Shown piece after piece: positions 27,110-41,300 of a DNA stretch of 64,000 nucleotides; position 1 is the stretch's first letter, and each line of letters starts with the position of its first letter. Source of the stretch: Nymphaea colorata (lineage: Eukaryota). A program made the position numbers and the translations under genes. The stretch spans positions 26,226,001 through 26,290,000 of the forward strand of contig NC_045138.2 of NCBI RefSeq assembly GCF_008831285.2, given 5' to 3'. Below the pieces are notes generated by a model. That model was not told where the DNA came from, ran no database searches, and saw nothing but the letters and a program-made list of their open reading frames with translations.

Positions 27110-27950
27110 ATTTATCTGTGGGGTGAAAGTTCGAACTTTCGATTTTGCCCGAGGTGAAAAATGGTACTGATCAGAGGGCATGGCCAGCGCGCGTAAGAGC
27201 CTTTCTTTAACCGAGGGAACGATGCGTCGGTGACTATGGATTCGGCCCCAAGAGAATTCGCGATCCGGATTGCTCCGCTTAAGATTGCCTGTGATTCCAA
27301 ACCAAGATCAGGAGACTCGATTTAATCAGGTACCCGCCGGCCGCCGGATGACCGTCCGACCTGATTCCGGGCATACGGAGAAGGCCTGGTGCTGTGGTAA
27401 CTTTATTGACCTCTGTGGTCCCTGAGAGGAATAAAAAAGGATGAGGCATCGCTGTATCCTGTCCTGACCTCTTGAAAGAGATCCCTTCACCGGTTTCTGT
27501 TTCCCTTTTTCTTTTTTTGTCTTCCATGGATAGGAACTAAGAAGGTGGCCACATTGAAGACACCTGGTGAAATGCTAACGTCTTGTCTACGCAAGAAGAT
27601 CGGATCTTCGGGCGATCCCATATTTGTGCTGGTTGAAGAGCAGCTTGTTCCTGTTAATAGATTGAAACTAGACCCACCAGAATCAACCCTCCAGATCGAG
27701 CCATCATTAAGATCCCGTGCCTGAAAGAGGAAAAGTTTTTTTACCGAGATATAACACTACCCCGCGCATGGCATTGCTCTTTGACATCGAAATGCAGTCG
27801 CATTCTCCCATTACTTGGGATTGAAACGAACGTGGTTTCAGTTTCCATCCTATGCCACCCTCCAATGTAACTTTTTTGTTTCGGGGTTTTCTTGGTTCAT
27901 CTGACAATAATTGGCGGTAGTGAAATGGAGACAAGAAGACATGCAGAAGT
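27110..27950 (-). mobile_element. Degenerate L1-like LINE ORF2 3' fragment (RNase H-like region)
   Basis: Broken minus-strand frames give FWWV*...RNKLLFNQ, then AAGGYLI, then ESQAILSGAIRIANSLGAESIVTDA...W..LISTIFHL. This resembles the WxxWxxRNxxxF block followed by the RNase H-like (RVT_3) domain of plant L1 elements. Recognised by eye only. Confidence 0.45.
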
Positions 27951-29024
27951 GGGAAACGAGGAAGCGAATGTGAAAATTGCGGTGGAGCGGAAGCGGGATA
28001 TATTTTGTTTTTACTAGAAAGTTGGAAGATTAATGGCGTTTACTCAAGCTAAGTAATTCTGTGTAAAGTAGGTAGCAGCCTCCCAAATAGCAGCAGCATT
28101 CCATTTGTTTGAGTTTCTTCCATCAGCCAATCCATTGAATTGGTCTATCTTCCTGTATTGGCACATGTGAATTATTTTCTTCGTTAGGCAACTTGAAAGT
28201 TCAAATCAGGGTTTGTCTGCTCTGTCTTCAGTCAACCAAGCAAAGGGCCTGAAGGTATTGCGAAGCATGAGCATTCAGCCAATACCGCAACTTCCAGCAA
28301 TATACTCGTCCAAAAGAATCTGGAGGTATCTTAATGAATGTTCTCTCTGCATTTCATGCTATGACAGAAGTGCTTCTTTCAGAGAAATCTGTCAGATAGA
28401 AACACAGATATACACGAAGAAGCGAAACACATTGGCGGTATGAGGTTAACTATGTTCTTTCATATATCAATACTTATATAACATAAGCCTGCTACGCAAT
28501 ATGTAAGCAAGCATTCAGACCAGTGGCTCGTTTTTGCAATTATTTTCTGAATACTTTCAATATTTCATGTTCTCTTACTGCGGCAAAGGCAGTACGATTT
28601 ATCCCACAGAATCTTTATCACCTGGCTAGTGGTTCAGTTTAGGACCGCTCAAGTTGAAGGAGGTCCAGACTTTCAAAGCCCAGGTGCATATCTGTGCATA
28701 ATCTGGTAGGAGACTGCCATAATAAGACATTAGCATCATCCAAATTCATTTCAACAGAACAACAGGAAGCCAGATTGTATCAGTTGGAATACTGGTTACA
28801 TAATAAGCAGGGATTGACTACATCAATATCTAATTCTATTATCCACAATAATGATATTGATGTGCACAACTCATCATCAAAATGATGACAGTGGTACATG
28901 GAGATAGAAAGAAACAATTATTATGCCAATTACATTCAGCATCTGCGGTCATTTTGTTGTGTATAAAGAAATCTTCACAATGCAAAAGCCGTACATAGAT
29001 GAGAGACAGCTGGTTCAAGAGTCT

Positions 29025-32000
29025 TCAGCATTGGTTAGGATATGTTCTTACAACATCATCAATGGGTGCTTGACAGATTGGACAGGTTCTACAGCTCCAT
29101 TGCAGCTCGTGGGCACAATTAAAACAAGTGCACATATGACCACATCTGAGGAAGATAGAGGTAATAAGCATCTGGGGGCCACATATTGATTTCAAGAAAA
29201 TAAAATGACATTCTGGCATCTGTGATTGTTTCAATACATTTTATTGTTCGAGCATCCATGAGCGTGAGTGGTTGCTGTAATACAGCTGATCTCAGCAGAT
29301 CCTGATCAGATCAGGCCAAGAGATCCACTCAGATGTTAAACTCTCAACCTCCTTAATTTGAAGGTTTTAAACCAAACCTCCGAGCTGCTGGATCAATCCC
29401 TTCTAGGAAACTGCTTTGAATAGCAAGAAAGTTTTGGATCCTACCGATGGACATCTTTTAACTGTCAATAGTATAGTATAGGAATAGCTTGCGAATAGAT
29501 AAAAACGGTGTATAGTTTTCTTATGTCACAAGGAAAAACTCAGTGCAAGATGATGGTGTTTGCCTTTTCTGAAGTTATTTCAAAAATGTCATAATTTCTG
29601 AACATACCTATACAATATGGAGTCAACCTGAACGCTGCAGCAGATGCAGCAGATCCCTCTGCTATTAGAAACTTGTTTGTAGCAAGTTGGCACTTTTTCC
29701 ACTTTCCCTGTATGAGAAAACATGCTCTGCTGTGAGGAAAATATCAAGCTCCAAAAAATTGACGGAAATTCTCCCTCTCTCTCTCCTTGTGATAAATATA
29801 GCACCCAAACTTTATAAAAATTAGAAAAAAAGGAACAAACAAAAATTCCTACTCAGAACAAGGCTCATTCACTAAACTGTGCTTTATACAATCTCATGAG
29901 CTTGGCATGGCTGGTTTTAGGCACAGACCAGGAAGCTAATCTGAGCTTTGATATGTAACATGATCTTATGCATTGATACTCGATCGTGTCAGGAGACGAA
30001 GGGAGACAGATGGGGATCAAAACAGGAAAGATCTGGAATAGCTAAATATCTCATCAAGAGAAGATAGGAGACATAGGGATCAAAACAGAATAGATTTGGA
30101 ATAGCTAAATACATGGAGGATCAAATACATCTATATCCAATGCAGCAAAACATAGCAGCGGTCTCACACAGATACAACTGAATACCATCATTTGAATTGA
30201 TGGTCAAACAGCGACGTATGTACAAGTAAACTGTTTTGCTTGTCCATCGATATATAGTATGTACATTTATTTATGTCTTTCCTTGATGGATCTCAAGTGC
30301 TTGCCCATCACTATATATATTAATATCTGCCTTCCCTTGATGCGTAGAGAAAACAATTTTGTTTTCACATTATAAAAAACACATCCTTCTGAGTCTCTGA
30401 CTCAGACGAAATATAGAACAAGGTGGCTACTTAGGGAAGACAGAAAGAATGGAGAGAAAAACAGAACATACCTGAATTGCATAACACAGCAGAGAGAACC
30501 TGCCTCATGGACTGTTGCAATTCTACTTGCATATCCATGCAATTTTCTACAGATTTTTGCAACTTATACATCCAATGACGTAGCTGAGTGATCTCCCCTT
30601 TTAAAGAAGAAATGAGTTCCGATTCCTGCAGATGTGTATCACTAGGTTTAAGCTTAGGAAAGCAAACCAGTGTCAATCTGATTCAAGCTCTGCTCTTGCT
30701 TCAGATGGGATGAAAGAATAATGGATGATTAACTTACCGATGCGTCTGATGGCTGAGGGTAGTTGTCAGCAAATACCATATGATGGTTATCGTCGACTTG
30801 TTCACCAAGAGCCTGCGCTAGTGAAGGCGTTTCGGAGCGTGAAGTTGCAGCAGCATGATCTGCTCGAGCTCCAGCATTGTTTTTTTGCTGCAGAGGCTTG
30901 AGGTCTTCTTCCTTTGTATCCAGATATTCGCTTTCCACAAGCTGCTCTTGCTTTTCTATATGCGACATGATTAGTTGATCCATTTTCTTGCGAAACCCGC
31001 TTGCCAGCGAAGTTGATACACTCTTCCTGATCAGATGCACCCAGAACAAGCCTTTAATTTTCAAGACAAAAAGGGTTTGCTGAATGTGTGAATCACTTGG
31101 AGAAATTGCAGATCGAGAGAGAGAGAGGGAAAGAGAGAGAGAGAACCTCTTGAGAAGCTGCTCGAGTTCCGGGTTATCTGAAGTGCTATCGTACCAGTCG
31201 TAGCGAACACTTCGCTTGCAGCTCTCCCATGGGCGGTGCGACCCTGCAGAAAGGAAGTCCATCCATCTTCCGCTCTCGAGCGGCTCATCCTCGTCGTGAG
31301 GCAGATCACTTGCCGGAACCCCATGGTGGTCAGGCGAGGCCCCTCCCTGCCACCCCTCCGGCGTCGCAATGCCGATGCAGCCGTCCCACTCGGCGTTCTC
31401 AGCCACGGAGCTCCTGTCCTCCTCCAACAGCACATCCGAGTTTTCTTCCGATTCTTCATGAGGGTGCCCTCTGTCAGAGAAGGACGACTGCTTCGCCAGC
31501 AAGATGCCGCGGCCGCCTCCTGTAACGCTCCCCGCCCCTTCATCCACAGTGGTGGTCGTCATAAAGCTAGCAGAGGAGGCAGCGAGGGACAGCGGCTCTG
31601 CGAGGTCGGAGGCTTGAGCGAATCTATTTTCATAGGCGGGGACGCTGTTTGTTGGTGAGTCTGGGATGCTGCCGAAGCCGCTGGTTGCCGACCTTTCCCT
31701 GTTCCAGAATTCCAAGTGACAGGAGAGAATGACAACGTGCTTAACAAACCAGATACCAACAATTCTAATAAGATCTCGTTCTTAACAAAATTCTTTTTGT
31801 GCTGTATCTCATCCCTTTCATGATCAACCAATGAGAGATACACTTTCCGCCATGACTTCTGAATCAAAAGAGAGATTTCGAGAAATAACAAATCCAGCAC
31901 CTGTAAGCCCTTTTTGAGCAGAGCCGGCCTGATGCAATATAACTTACAATAGATGGTGAACGATGCATGATAGAAAGGGTACCTTAACGGTAGGATTGCA

Positions 32001-33444
32001 GTCTCAAGCCGCAGTTCATGGAGTTTTGGAGTTCCTAATGCATGAGTACCTTGATTCCTACTCGTGCCTCCATTCCGCAAGCATTTGAATTTGAGAAATG
32101 CCTGCAGCACAAGGGGATACACAGACGAAGCCTGAATTCAGGGTGGACATGATAAAACAGAATTACAGCACACAATATATCAAGGGTTATGACCTTTGTG
32201 ATGATCAAACCCAAAATTGACTACTTAAGTAATCATCCGGTGCAACACTGCTGGGGATTGGGGCCCCTTCCCTATATCCACAAAAAGCATCAAAGAATAC
32301 AGAGCAACTGCTTAAGTAATCATCATCTTCTTGCTTTTGCACCCAAAAAGAAGTATGGATGTGGCCACAAGCCAGTAACTGCTTGAGTTCAAGTATATAT
32401 GGGCCAGCTTTTCAAATTTACTCAATAATGTTTCACTGGTATTACTTCATTCCTGCCCATGATGAGATGTTATAATGGTATAATGAGTTGGAAGATCTAC
32501 CTGACAGAGTCACAGAGCAACTGCTCTACGTTTAATCTGAAGTTTCATTCCTATTAGACACTATTGACAGCACAAGAACTCAGCTAATAAGTTCATTAAT
32601 GGCTCACATGGATGCGGCTCCTCTGTGAAAATTCCGACACTGGTCGGTTCTCTTCTAGTGCAGCGAGCTCCCTCTGTCTCTCATGCTTCATCCTCACGAG
32701 CACGTCCATAGTGGCCATCCGACCCCGGACTCGTGGGTTGTTTCTGTTGAACGCGTACCTTTCGATCTTGATCTCGTCCGGCGAGCACCTGGTTTCGTTT
32801 CTCTGTTGCATATTCTCATCCTGCAACTTGGTGGTCGCAGGAGACGATACCTCATTGAGGAGCGCCGCTGCTTCATTTCTTTTATGTTCGGCAGCAGCAG
32901 TTGGTGTTGCCGAAGCAGATGCAGCAGGTGTTGCACCATTCTCGCTTTGCGCCACCAAGCTCAGCTTTCTCACGATGTCAGCGACTCTCCCTCCACATTG
33001 ACCCGTATCAGAAGCTTGATCTTTCATTGTTTCAGGGCTTTCAGCTGACGAATTATATTCATCGTGGGGAACTTCAATAACACTGGGAGGTTCACGTTCA
33101 GGCGGCGGCAGCGGCAGTGGTGATGGCGGTTCGTCGTGGGTATTCGTAAGAACCTTCTTCACCGGGCAATTCACGGGGGGATCCACGCACTGCAGCCGAG
33201 GGCTGTGGACGCAGCTTTCTTGCGCCTTCATTGCAGCCTCTGATTCCACCTCCTTCCACATCCGGACCAGCAAAGAAGCCCGAACTCCTCCATTAGGAAG
33301 GTCGGTAAGGGCACTCATAGAACCGCTAATACCATCTCTAGGGGATGCTGAAGCCTTAGGCGTCCATGAAGCAGCAGATTGCAGACCAGAAGGAAGAAGT
33401 GATGGGGAGAGAGGCCGCAGCTGGCTTCTCGCCAATTCCGTCAT
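29025..33444 (-). CDS. C-terminal C3HC4 (zf-C3HC4_3-type) RING protein, probable E3 ubiquitin ligase, 7 exons, ~723 aa
   Basis: Exons 33444-32608, 32101-31983, 31698-31147, 31026-30738, 30625-30472, 29707-29608, 29145-29025 splice in frame. Family-like blocks: RVRGR..MDVLVRM..ERQREL..L...RPVSEF..R.RI, ELEQLLKRKSVS..L.SGFR..MDQLI, C.DMQ.ELQ.S.RQ, and RING GICCICCSVQVDSILYRCGHMCTCFNCAHELQWSCRTCPICQAPIDDVVR. The start codon is less certain than the rest. Confidence 0.88.
30002..30112. repeat. Short imperfect tandem duplication in a RING-gene intron
   Basis: GGAGACA..GGGATCAAAACAG..AGAT.TGGAATAGCTAAATA occurs twice ~65 nt apart. Confidence 0.75.
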
Positions 33445-35950
33445 CTTGAGAGGATGACGGCAAGGTTACTTCGTCAATCAAGTACTCCTCCGTATTTTGA
33501 TGTTTTCTTCAAGTTGGCAGGCCAAATTCTCTCTCAAAACAAATTTTCACGTAGGTGGTCGATCGTGTTTCTTCTTATACCAAAACTAACGTAGAATGAA
33601 TCAGGCGAAGATTTAAAGTTTTACAAATTTCTCTGTACCGCACAGCAATGATGTCATATATGCCATCGGCAGGCAAAGAAATCGAAGAAGGATTATGCTT
33701 CTCCTTCTCACCTTCTGCTACAATTTGCTGGTTTCTGCACTGCATGATTGGAAATGCAGGAAGCAAAGAGGTACCTCACCGTCCTGGAGAGGCATCGACT
33801 CCGCATCTTGCGGAGAGATGCAAAGGTCCATGGCGGATGAACCAGGGGAAAAAGTGTGTGGGCGCAGAGCAGGACGCAGAACGTTGGGATGGCATGAAGC
33901 CTACGACCAAGAATAAAAAGGCAACAGGAAATAGAAGAATGAAGTGGAGACGATTCGCTCGAAACCAAAACGCCAAGAATAGCAAAGGAAAACGACTACG
34001 CGGGGCGTCCTTCAAGGGGTGTGACGCGCAAGCAGCATCTATTCTTAGTTAGTTCTTAGAAATCATATGCCTAAAAATATAACGGCCCCACTGTTGTTTT
34101 GCCATGGAAAAGGGTAATATTTTTTGTTTGTTTTGTATTAATTGACGGGAACTGTCAAATTTGGTTAAACACGACAGTTAATTAAGTTATTCAACTTGTC
34201 CAAGTTAAAGCTGAGTAGAAGATGAACATGGCGGATGCATCTAAAGTATATGCAATAAGTAGGAGCTACTGTAAAAAATTCTCTATGTATATCACTGTTC
34301 ATTAACATGGAAAGGCATGTTCCCACGCTTTACCAAATGAGCATTTTGGCAATTTTTCAGTATAAAAATTTTCAGTATTCATTTTTTCCTTTGAAGGAGA
34401 AGGGTCTTCAATCGTGGTATTTTAATTATTTTCAAATCATAACACGTGGTTTGTTATTAGGGACCATAATATATAACCTGCTGAGATGTGTAGCATGTAG
34501 TTTTTCTATGTAAATTTATAACGTTTTGTCTATAAACAGCACATCCATAGATGTTTTACACAAAAATTAAAAATACAGAAAATAATTATATCTGGCATGT
34601 TCAGTGCTGAGCTTTTATATATATATATATATTGTAATTTAAACTATACCGTTCATTATTTATGTTTGTTTGTGACGCTTAAATGTTTTAAAATAATAAG
34701 CATTGGGCACAAAAAGCAAAATAAATAAAGTGCAAGAGAGCTGTTCGGACATTTAACGGACATGTTATATGACAAGTTAAGGTCATATTGAACATCGAAT
34801 TGTGCATTTAACAAAGTGTGTAGCTCTGGCGGATGGAATAACACAATGATAAGTGAAATGTCCGTTACGTAATAAAGAAGAGAAGTCTTTCATTCAGCAC
34901 AAAAATTGTAATAGTGGTCATGTCCTGTAGTTGCCTGGTAAGATTCTCTGCCTCATTTTCAATTTGCATATAAGATGGTTCAATTTTTTTAGGAGAACGA
35001 GTCCTTTTTTTCCCGTGACTGCTGACAGCAAGAAAGCGACAAATTATTCAATTTTTTATGGAAATATTCAACTTTTATTAATCGGAAAAGAGAAGAAGAA
35101 AGTCTCATTTATAAGTTGGAAGAACTTATGGAAGACTTTTTTTTTTAAAAAAGAAAACCCGAGGTATGGGGGCAGCATAGGAGGTACAGATGAACCAGGT
35201 GTCCAGTGTTTGATTGTTGTGAGTGTTATTACTTTGTATGGTAAACGGCGACACTAAGTTAAAGTGTACTATAGGACCACCTAAATTCTGAAAGCAAGTC
35301 CTATGTGCACTGTTCTTGGTGCGCCACGAAGGAGAAATTTTAGGTTTGAATCGCCTAAACAAAATGTCTTGAATTATTTTTGGGTGTTTGAATGAACTGA
35401 TGCATCCGTTGACAAAGAATTTTACGGGTTCACACTTCAGATAATTATTTGTATGATCTTCCAAATTCTTTGCAAAGTTCTCAGTCATTTATCGATAATG
35501 ACTAGCACACCTCAAAGCAGCAAGATTATTCCATATGATCTCAATGTTTATGCGTTAGCAAAACTCTGCTGCTACCTCGAAAGCTTTCTACATATTGCAA
35601 AACAAACGAAGAGCACGGTGTTTCCAATGAAGATAAAATGTAAAGAAAATTCATCTCTGGAAGCTAGCTGCAACTGTACTATTTGCCATTTATCATTGGC
35701 TAGAGCCACATTGAGGATTTTCTTGGTCAAGATTGAGTACCCATTTCAGGTGAAACATTGTGACAACTGAAAATATACATATATCAATTTCATTCAAACA
35801 TGGAACGGAAAAAAATGACTAAGATACTGTATTAATGCCATTCAAACACAAAACTTTTGAGCTACGGTGCGCCAAGGACACCCTTGTGGATAACACTTGC
35901 TGGAAATACTATCCACACTCAAATCATCCAAACACCAGGACACTGCCTTA

Positions 35951-36127
35951 GGGCGTGTTTGATTGCCTAAGAAGACTTTCTTTGATTTTTCAAATCAAGA
36001 AAAGCTGTACCATTTATACATAATCATGTGAAACACTTATCCATGAAGACTTTTCAACTGTTTGCTTGAGTGTTGTCATATATAATTGTCGTTTATAATA
36101 ACCTTTCTTCGGCAATTAAACACGCCC
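35951..36127. mobile_element. Tourist-like MITE
   Basis: 17-bp TIRs GGGCGTGTTTGATTGCC / GGCAATTAAACACGCCC (1 mismatch), flanked by TTA / ATA. Confidence 0.8.
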
Positions 36128-36359
36128 ATAATTGCAGTCTCCACTTTCACAAGAAATTGTTATCACGCATGTATGAGGGTTTAAAGTTCACATGGTATTT
36201 ACATCTCAAAGCTTAAAATTGTCGAGTGCTATGCTCCTTGAAGGGCTTCTCATTTAAAATAATTCTCTTCGTTCCTACCAAGATCTTCCACCTTCCAATG
36301 ATTATGTTTTAACACTCCACATAGCTGTTATGACTGCAAATCAAGCCTCTTATGTTTCT

Positions 36360-36580
36360 TTTGATTTCCATGGATCTCAAGTTCAAGGGCATCTGAAATC
36401 AATGATAGCTGAAATCTACAGTTTCAACAAGCATCAACCCCCAAATGTGGATCTCAAATCCATGCTATTTTGTAAAAAACATGGATTTGATCTTTGACGT
36501 GGGGTGGGGTTTGGAGTTTGGACCTCAAAACCGCAATCCTGATATCAATGCGGATCTCAGGTTCATGGTAATCAAACATA
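36360..36580. mobile_element. Degenerate copy of the 11192-11417 MITE family
   Basis: Shares ATAGCTGAAAT, CATGCTA, GGATTTGA, GGGGTGG, GGACCTCAAA and the GGTAATCAAACA end. Confidence 0.65.
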
Positions 36581-37287
36581 ATGTTATGGGCTGTTTGACA
36601 ACAACAACAGTACTATTTCATGTATCTGCATCAAATGATAAAGTGACATCCAAATATTTTATAAATCAGCCCTATATTTGGAGAAGATACATTAAATGAT
36701 AGCACACTGTCACTATTTTCTTGATCCGAGTACAATGTAATGGACTATAGAGATTGCATATTTTCTTGTTGGTGGAACAACATCACCAATGCAACACGCG
36801 CGAAGTGACCTTATCTGTTATGTGGGTTCATTAAATGGGTAGCAGAAACCATTAAAAAAGTAGTGCTGAAAAAAAAAACTGTATCTTCATGCCGACAACA
36901 ACAATCAAGTTGAAGGTTTTTCTAACAATTTTCAGTTCAGTGAGAGGGCATCATTCAATAACTCATGCCATGATGAAAAACGCCGAAGCCAACCCACCAC
37001 CCAAAAGAACCGTCAAAGGGAAGGCAAAGATCGGTGGGGAGGGAAAGACTAGAAAAGAAAAAGCATAAAGAAAAAAGAATTGAAGAACAGAAGCAAACAA
37101 ACCAGAGCATGGCAGACACTGTGAGGGGTGCCAGTGTTGTTGGCAACCTTCCTCATGTGTTAGGTACCGCACTAGCACCGCATGCTGGGCATATCGATAT
37201 ATCTGAAGGGTGGTAATCACTTTGGGTCCCTGATCGCGTTTCCCCCCCACACTCGATTGATCTTCCCCATCTTGCTGCTTCGGAGAC

Positions 37288-38287
37288 ATGTCGATCGCTT
37301 TTGCAGCCATGCGCAGGTCCAGCTACACCATCTGCACGACTTGGACCGCCACGTTCCATCTGCGCAAGGCAAGTTTTCGCCCGCCCCTTTCCTTCTTTCC
37401 TCACTTCCCGTTGGTTCAATATTCGGGAGTCTTCCATCATTAAGCAGGCTCTCTTGCCGATTATTTCCTCTACTTCTGCTGGAGCCTGGAGTTCATGGGG
37501 TTCGAGCTTATTTGGACAAGTTTTGGTTTCTCCTAGCTGTTTGCTATTGTCCGCTTTGGTTTTGCGTGCTCAAGTTTAAGAGGATTTGGTTGTTGCTCTT
37601 GGATGCTCATGCTGCAATTCGTTATTCAGTAAAATAGGCTCAGATGGTGCCATAACATAAATGCTCAACTGACCCGATTCTCTGGATAAGTGTGCTTGGT
37701 GAGGCGCCTCCTTAAGGCAGGCAGGTTATTGCAGACTCTGCGTGCGAACGGAGATGTCGAGTCCTCCCTCCTTCCCTTCCTCGCTCCCTCTAAATACTTG
37801 CTTTCTAGAGTTGGTGCACCTGATGCCTTGCCTGCGACATGGATGTGTATAAATTTTGACTAATGCTTATATAGCTAAAAGAAATTCTATGCAGATGAGC
37901 GCGGAGTCATTGGCTGCTGTTACTAGACTTAAAGATTCCGGCTTCATAAAAACGCAAGGCCTCGTTGGTGGGAAATGGGTAGATGCTGAAGATGGAAAAA
38001 CTCTAAAGGTATGCAAACTATATATGCATAAGATAGCATTCAATATTTCATGATCAAATATGTCTTCCAAAAAGATGTGTTGTTTCCACGATTAATTAAC
38101 CGTTAGCAAGAATGTTAGCTTTATGGGCATAATTGTCTGTTCTGTTTTCATACTCACCATCCTTCCAACTTCCAAGGATGACAGGATCCATTATTTAAGA
38201 AATCAAAAACTTCTTTCTATCAGTTCTGGAGCAGCAGCTGGAGTTATATGTAGTTCATAATCATCATCATGGATAGCAGGAATGTAT

Positions 38288-38327
<40 letters not shown>

Positions 38328-41300
38328 TATATATATATAATTTTTTCTTCTTCTTCTCCAGCATGACAGCCTCATATAAGCAAATCACAAATAAAATTTA
38401 CAACATTCACATCCTCTTTCTCTCTCTGGCATACATGTGCACACAGACATATTCTTATATGCTTGACCAGCACATGCTCAGTATGTGTGCGAGGGAGACT
38501 GAACTTTTCTGCTTATGACAGGTAGAAAATCCCGCTACTGGTGATCTTATTTGTACAGTCCCATACATGGGCCAAAAGGAGACGAGTCAAGCAATTTCAT
38601 CAGCATATGAAACGTTCCAATGTACGGAGCTTCAAAGCCATTTTTTGTAATTAAAACATCGCTTTTTTCTGGTCAATTGTGATTTCTCCCACTAAGCATT
38701 CTGTGGACGTTATATGAAGTTTTTTTATCGTATGTGTGTGCATATGTGTGTGTCTGTCCTTGTCTATGCATGTGCTATGCTTCCTCTGTTGAATTCTTTA
38801 CTTTAGTTTATGGTCACTTAAACTGCATTGCAATTATGACTCAAATAAGTAAGAGGTGCATGTCATCATTGGAATGCTGATATCTGTGCTCATGCCTTAT
38901 TCAGCTTGGAAGAAACTTTCTGGGGCTGAAAGAAGCAAGCACTTACGGAAATGGTACTTTTACTTTTCTCTTTGTAATCTTGGAAATATTTATTTCATCA
39001 ATCATGATTTGACTGCTTCACCAGCCAGATTTTTATAGAAATGGAAAATTAGTGAATCATACGTTATTTTCACATGCAAAAGGTAAATTTACTGATAACC
39101 AAAATAAGTTTGATAGCAAGGTACATGCAGTAATAAGGTCAATCAAATTTGTCCCATGGCAGTACACTGTCATCAATTTCCTACCGGTTTGATCTTGAGA
39201 AACAACATTTTTATTTTTGGTAAGGAGTTTCTTTGACTGATTGCATGTCTGAGTTTGTTCTTCTTGCAAATTAAGTGAACAAGTTTTTGAATATCTACAA
39301 TTACTGACATGGCTTGGCTTAATAAACATAGTTTGATTTTTATTTGATAAATAGGAGCCCTGAGAAAGATGGTTGATTTTTTTTAATTCAATTGAAGCAA
39401 TCACCTTTCTGAATGTATTTTGGCATATTTTCTTTTGTTGCTGAATACAACATGATTTTTCTCCAATAAACAAACATCTTACTAAAGTTTGCTTGTTTAG
39501 TGGATTAGTCAAGCTTGAAAATGGTTTAAGGCTTGCTTGGTTAAAAAAAATACACTTCAGCTTGCACCAGGATCTTTGAAGTGGGTTTAAGATGTGAGTT
39601 GGTGTCCTAGATGCTGGGATAAATTGAGACTTGTGCAGGTGCAGCTGGTAACTTAACTGCTAGCTGGAGAAGAACGATGGTGTTCTCTAAACAGAATTCT
39701 ATGGGAACGTAGTCATGGATGTGATACCAATTCAAATGCTCTCTTGCTTATTCTGCACATGAAAATGTGCTTCGTTTAATATGTCGTAAACTTGATAAGT
39801 TGTTTTAAATATAAAACTTATAAGGTCTACATCTTTAATTTGGTCATTGCTTTAAGCCTTCCTTTTAAGCAAACTTGTCTTTTCCTTTATGCCAGCTTCC
39901 AGTGATGGCCATCACTTGAAACAAATTATGAATACTCTAACATACATTCTTTTTATGCCACAAATTTATTGGACTCTTAAATCTCTCTTATTAGGCCTTG
40001 GAACACTTTTCATGACCATCATAATTGTATGATTTTATAAGGTATGATTTGTTAACTGCCCATAAGGAAGAACTGGCTCAGCTCGTGACACTTGAACAAG
40101 GAAAACCAATGAAGGAAGCCCTGGGGGAGGTGAGTTGTTGACCCTTAAGTCGAGGATTCTGATTAATCAATCTTGTTTCTTAAAGTCAACTGACAGTATT
40201 GGAATAAACATCATTATTTTTTTCAGTATTTCACAAAGGAAATGTCATAATGTCGTGATATAGTCACAATAACATCACTATGTTTTGGAAGTTACTTGAG
40301 AAAGTTCCTGTTTTATATATCTTATGTATTTTGTGTTCATGTTTTTTCTTTTGTATTTTATTTATGATTGCTTTATTCTGTTTTTGCTAGAATAATGCAA
40401 AAAGCAAATTGTTTTTTGGGCTGCTCTTACTTTTTTTAAAAAACTTTTCAAACAAAAAACTTTTGATATTTTCTTGAGAAATTTTCACAAAAGGCCCATG
40501 TTAAAAAAAAATTCCTTGGTCAACTGTTGAAGGGAAAAGTTATGTTGGTAAGCATGGTTGAAATTGATGCAGATAACCTATGGTGCCGACTTTGTTGAGT
40601 TCTATGCGGAGGAGGCAAAACGTGTATATGGTGATCTTCTGCCTTCTCCCCTCACTGATCGACGTTTACTTGTCTTGAAACAGGTAAATTTGTAATTCAG
40701 ATGCATTGGCTTTCCTGTTGCTTGTATCTTCTAACTTGGGAGTTTGGAATTTGCTTCTTACATATCCTTATTCTTGCGGTTGTTACTAACAAGAACATTC
40801 TTACATTTATTGCTCCTGTTTCCTTGATGTATATGTGCCCTTTATTATCCATCTGCTGCAAATTGATTGTGTTTCAGCATGTACTTTTTGTGTTATTGTT
40901 TATTTATTTTCAGTTTCTCTGGTTGGTGCTGACACTCTGACCCAACAGATGCTATAGTGATCTATAAGGGAATCTTTTGGATGTCACCAAGTTGATGGGA
41001 CATTGATTTCAAATTGCAGTAAGAGGCGTCTCTTACCATTGATTGCGCATATCTGGTTAGAAGCTATTTTGAAAAAATACTGAAGGTCTGAGATATTGAT
41101 GATATAATGTCTATATGAATCCAAAATTCTTCTCGTGATTGTGACTGTCATTTGCATTTTCATGGCATGGGGAGAACATCCATTTGGATTGAGATTTTAC
41201 TAAATTTGTCATGATGTATGTGAAAGGAACAGTTTTCTTGTATAATTTATCATGAGTTGGCCAGTACATAAAATTGTAAAGTTTGTGTACGAAATTATCA

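Noticed and set aside
37182..37637. Track ORFs 37182-37637 and 37301-37579 as SSADH exon 1
   Set aside because: Non-ATG starts and no good in-phase donor; the third frame (ATG 37288, GC donor) fits better.
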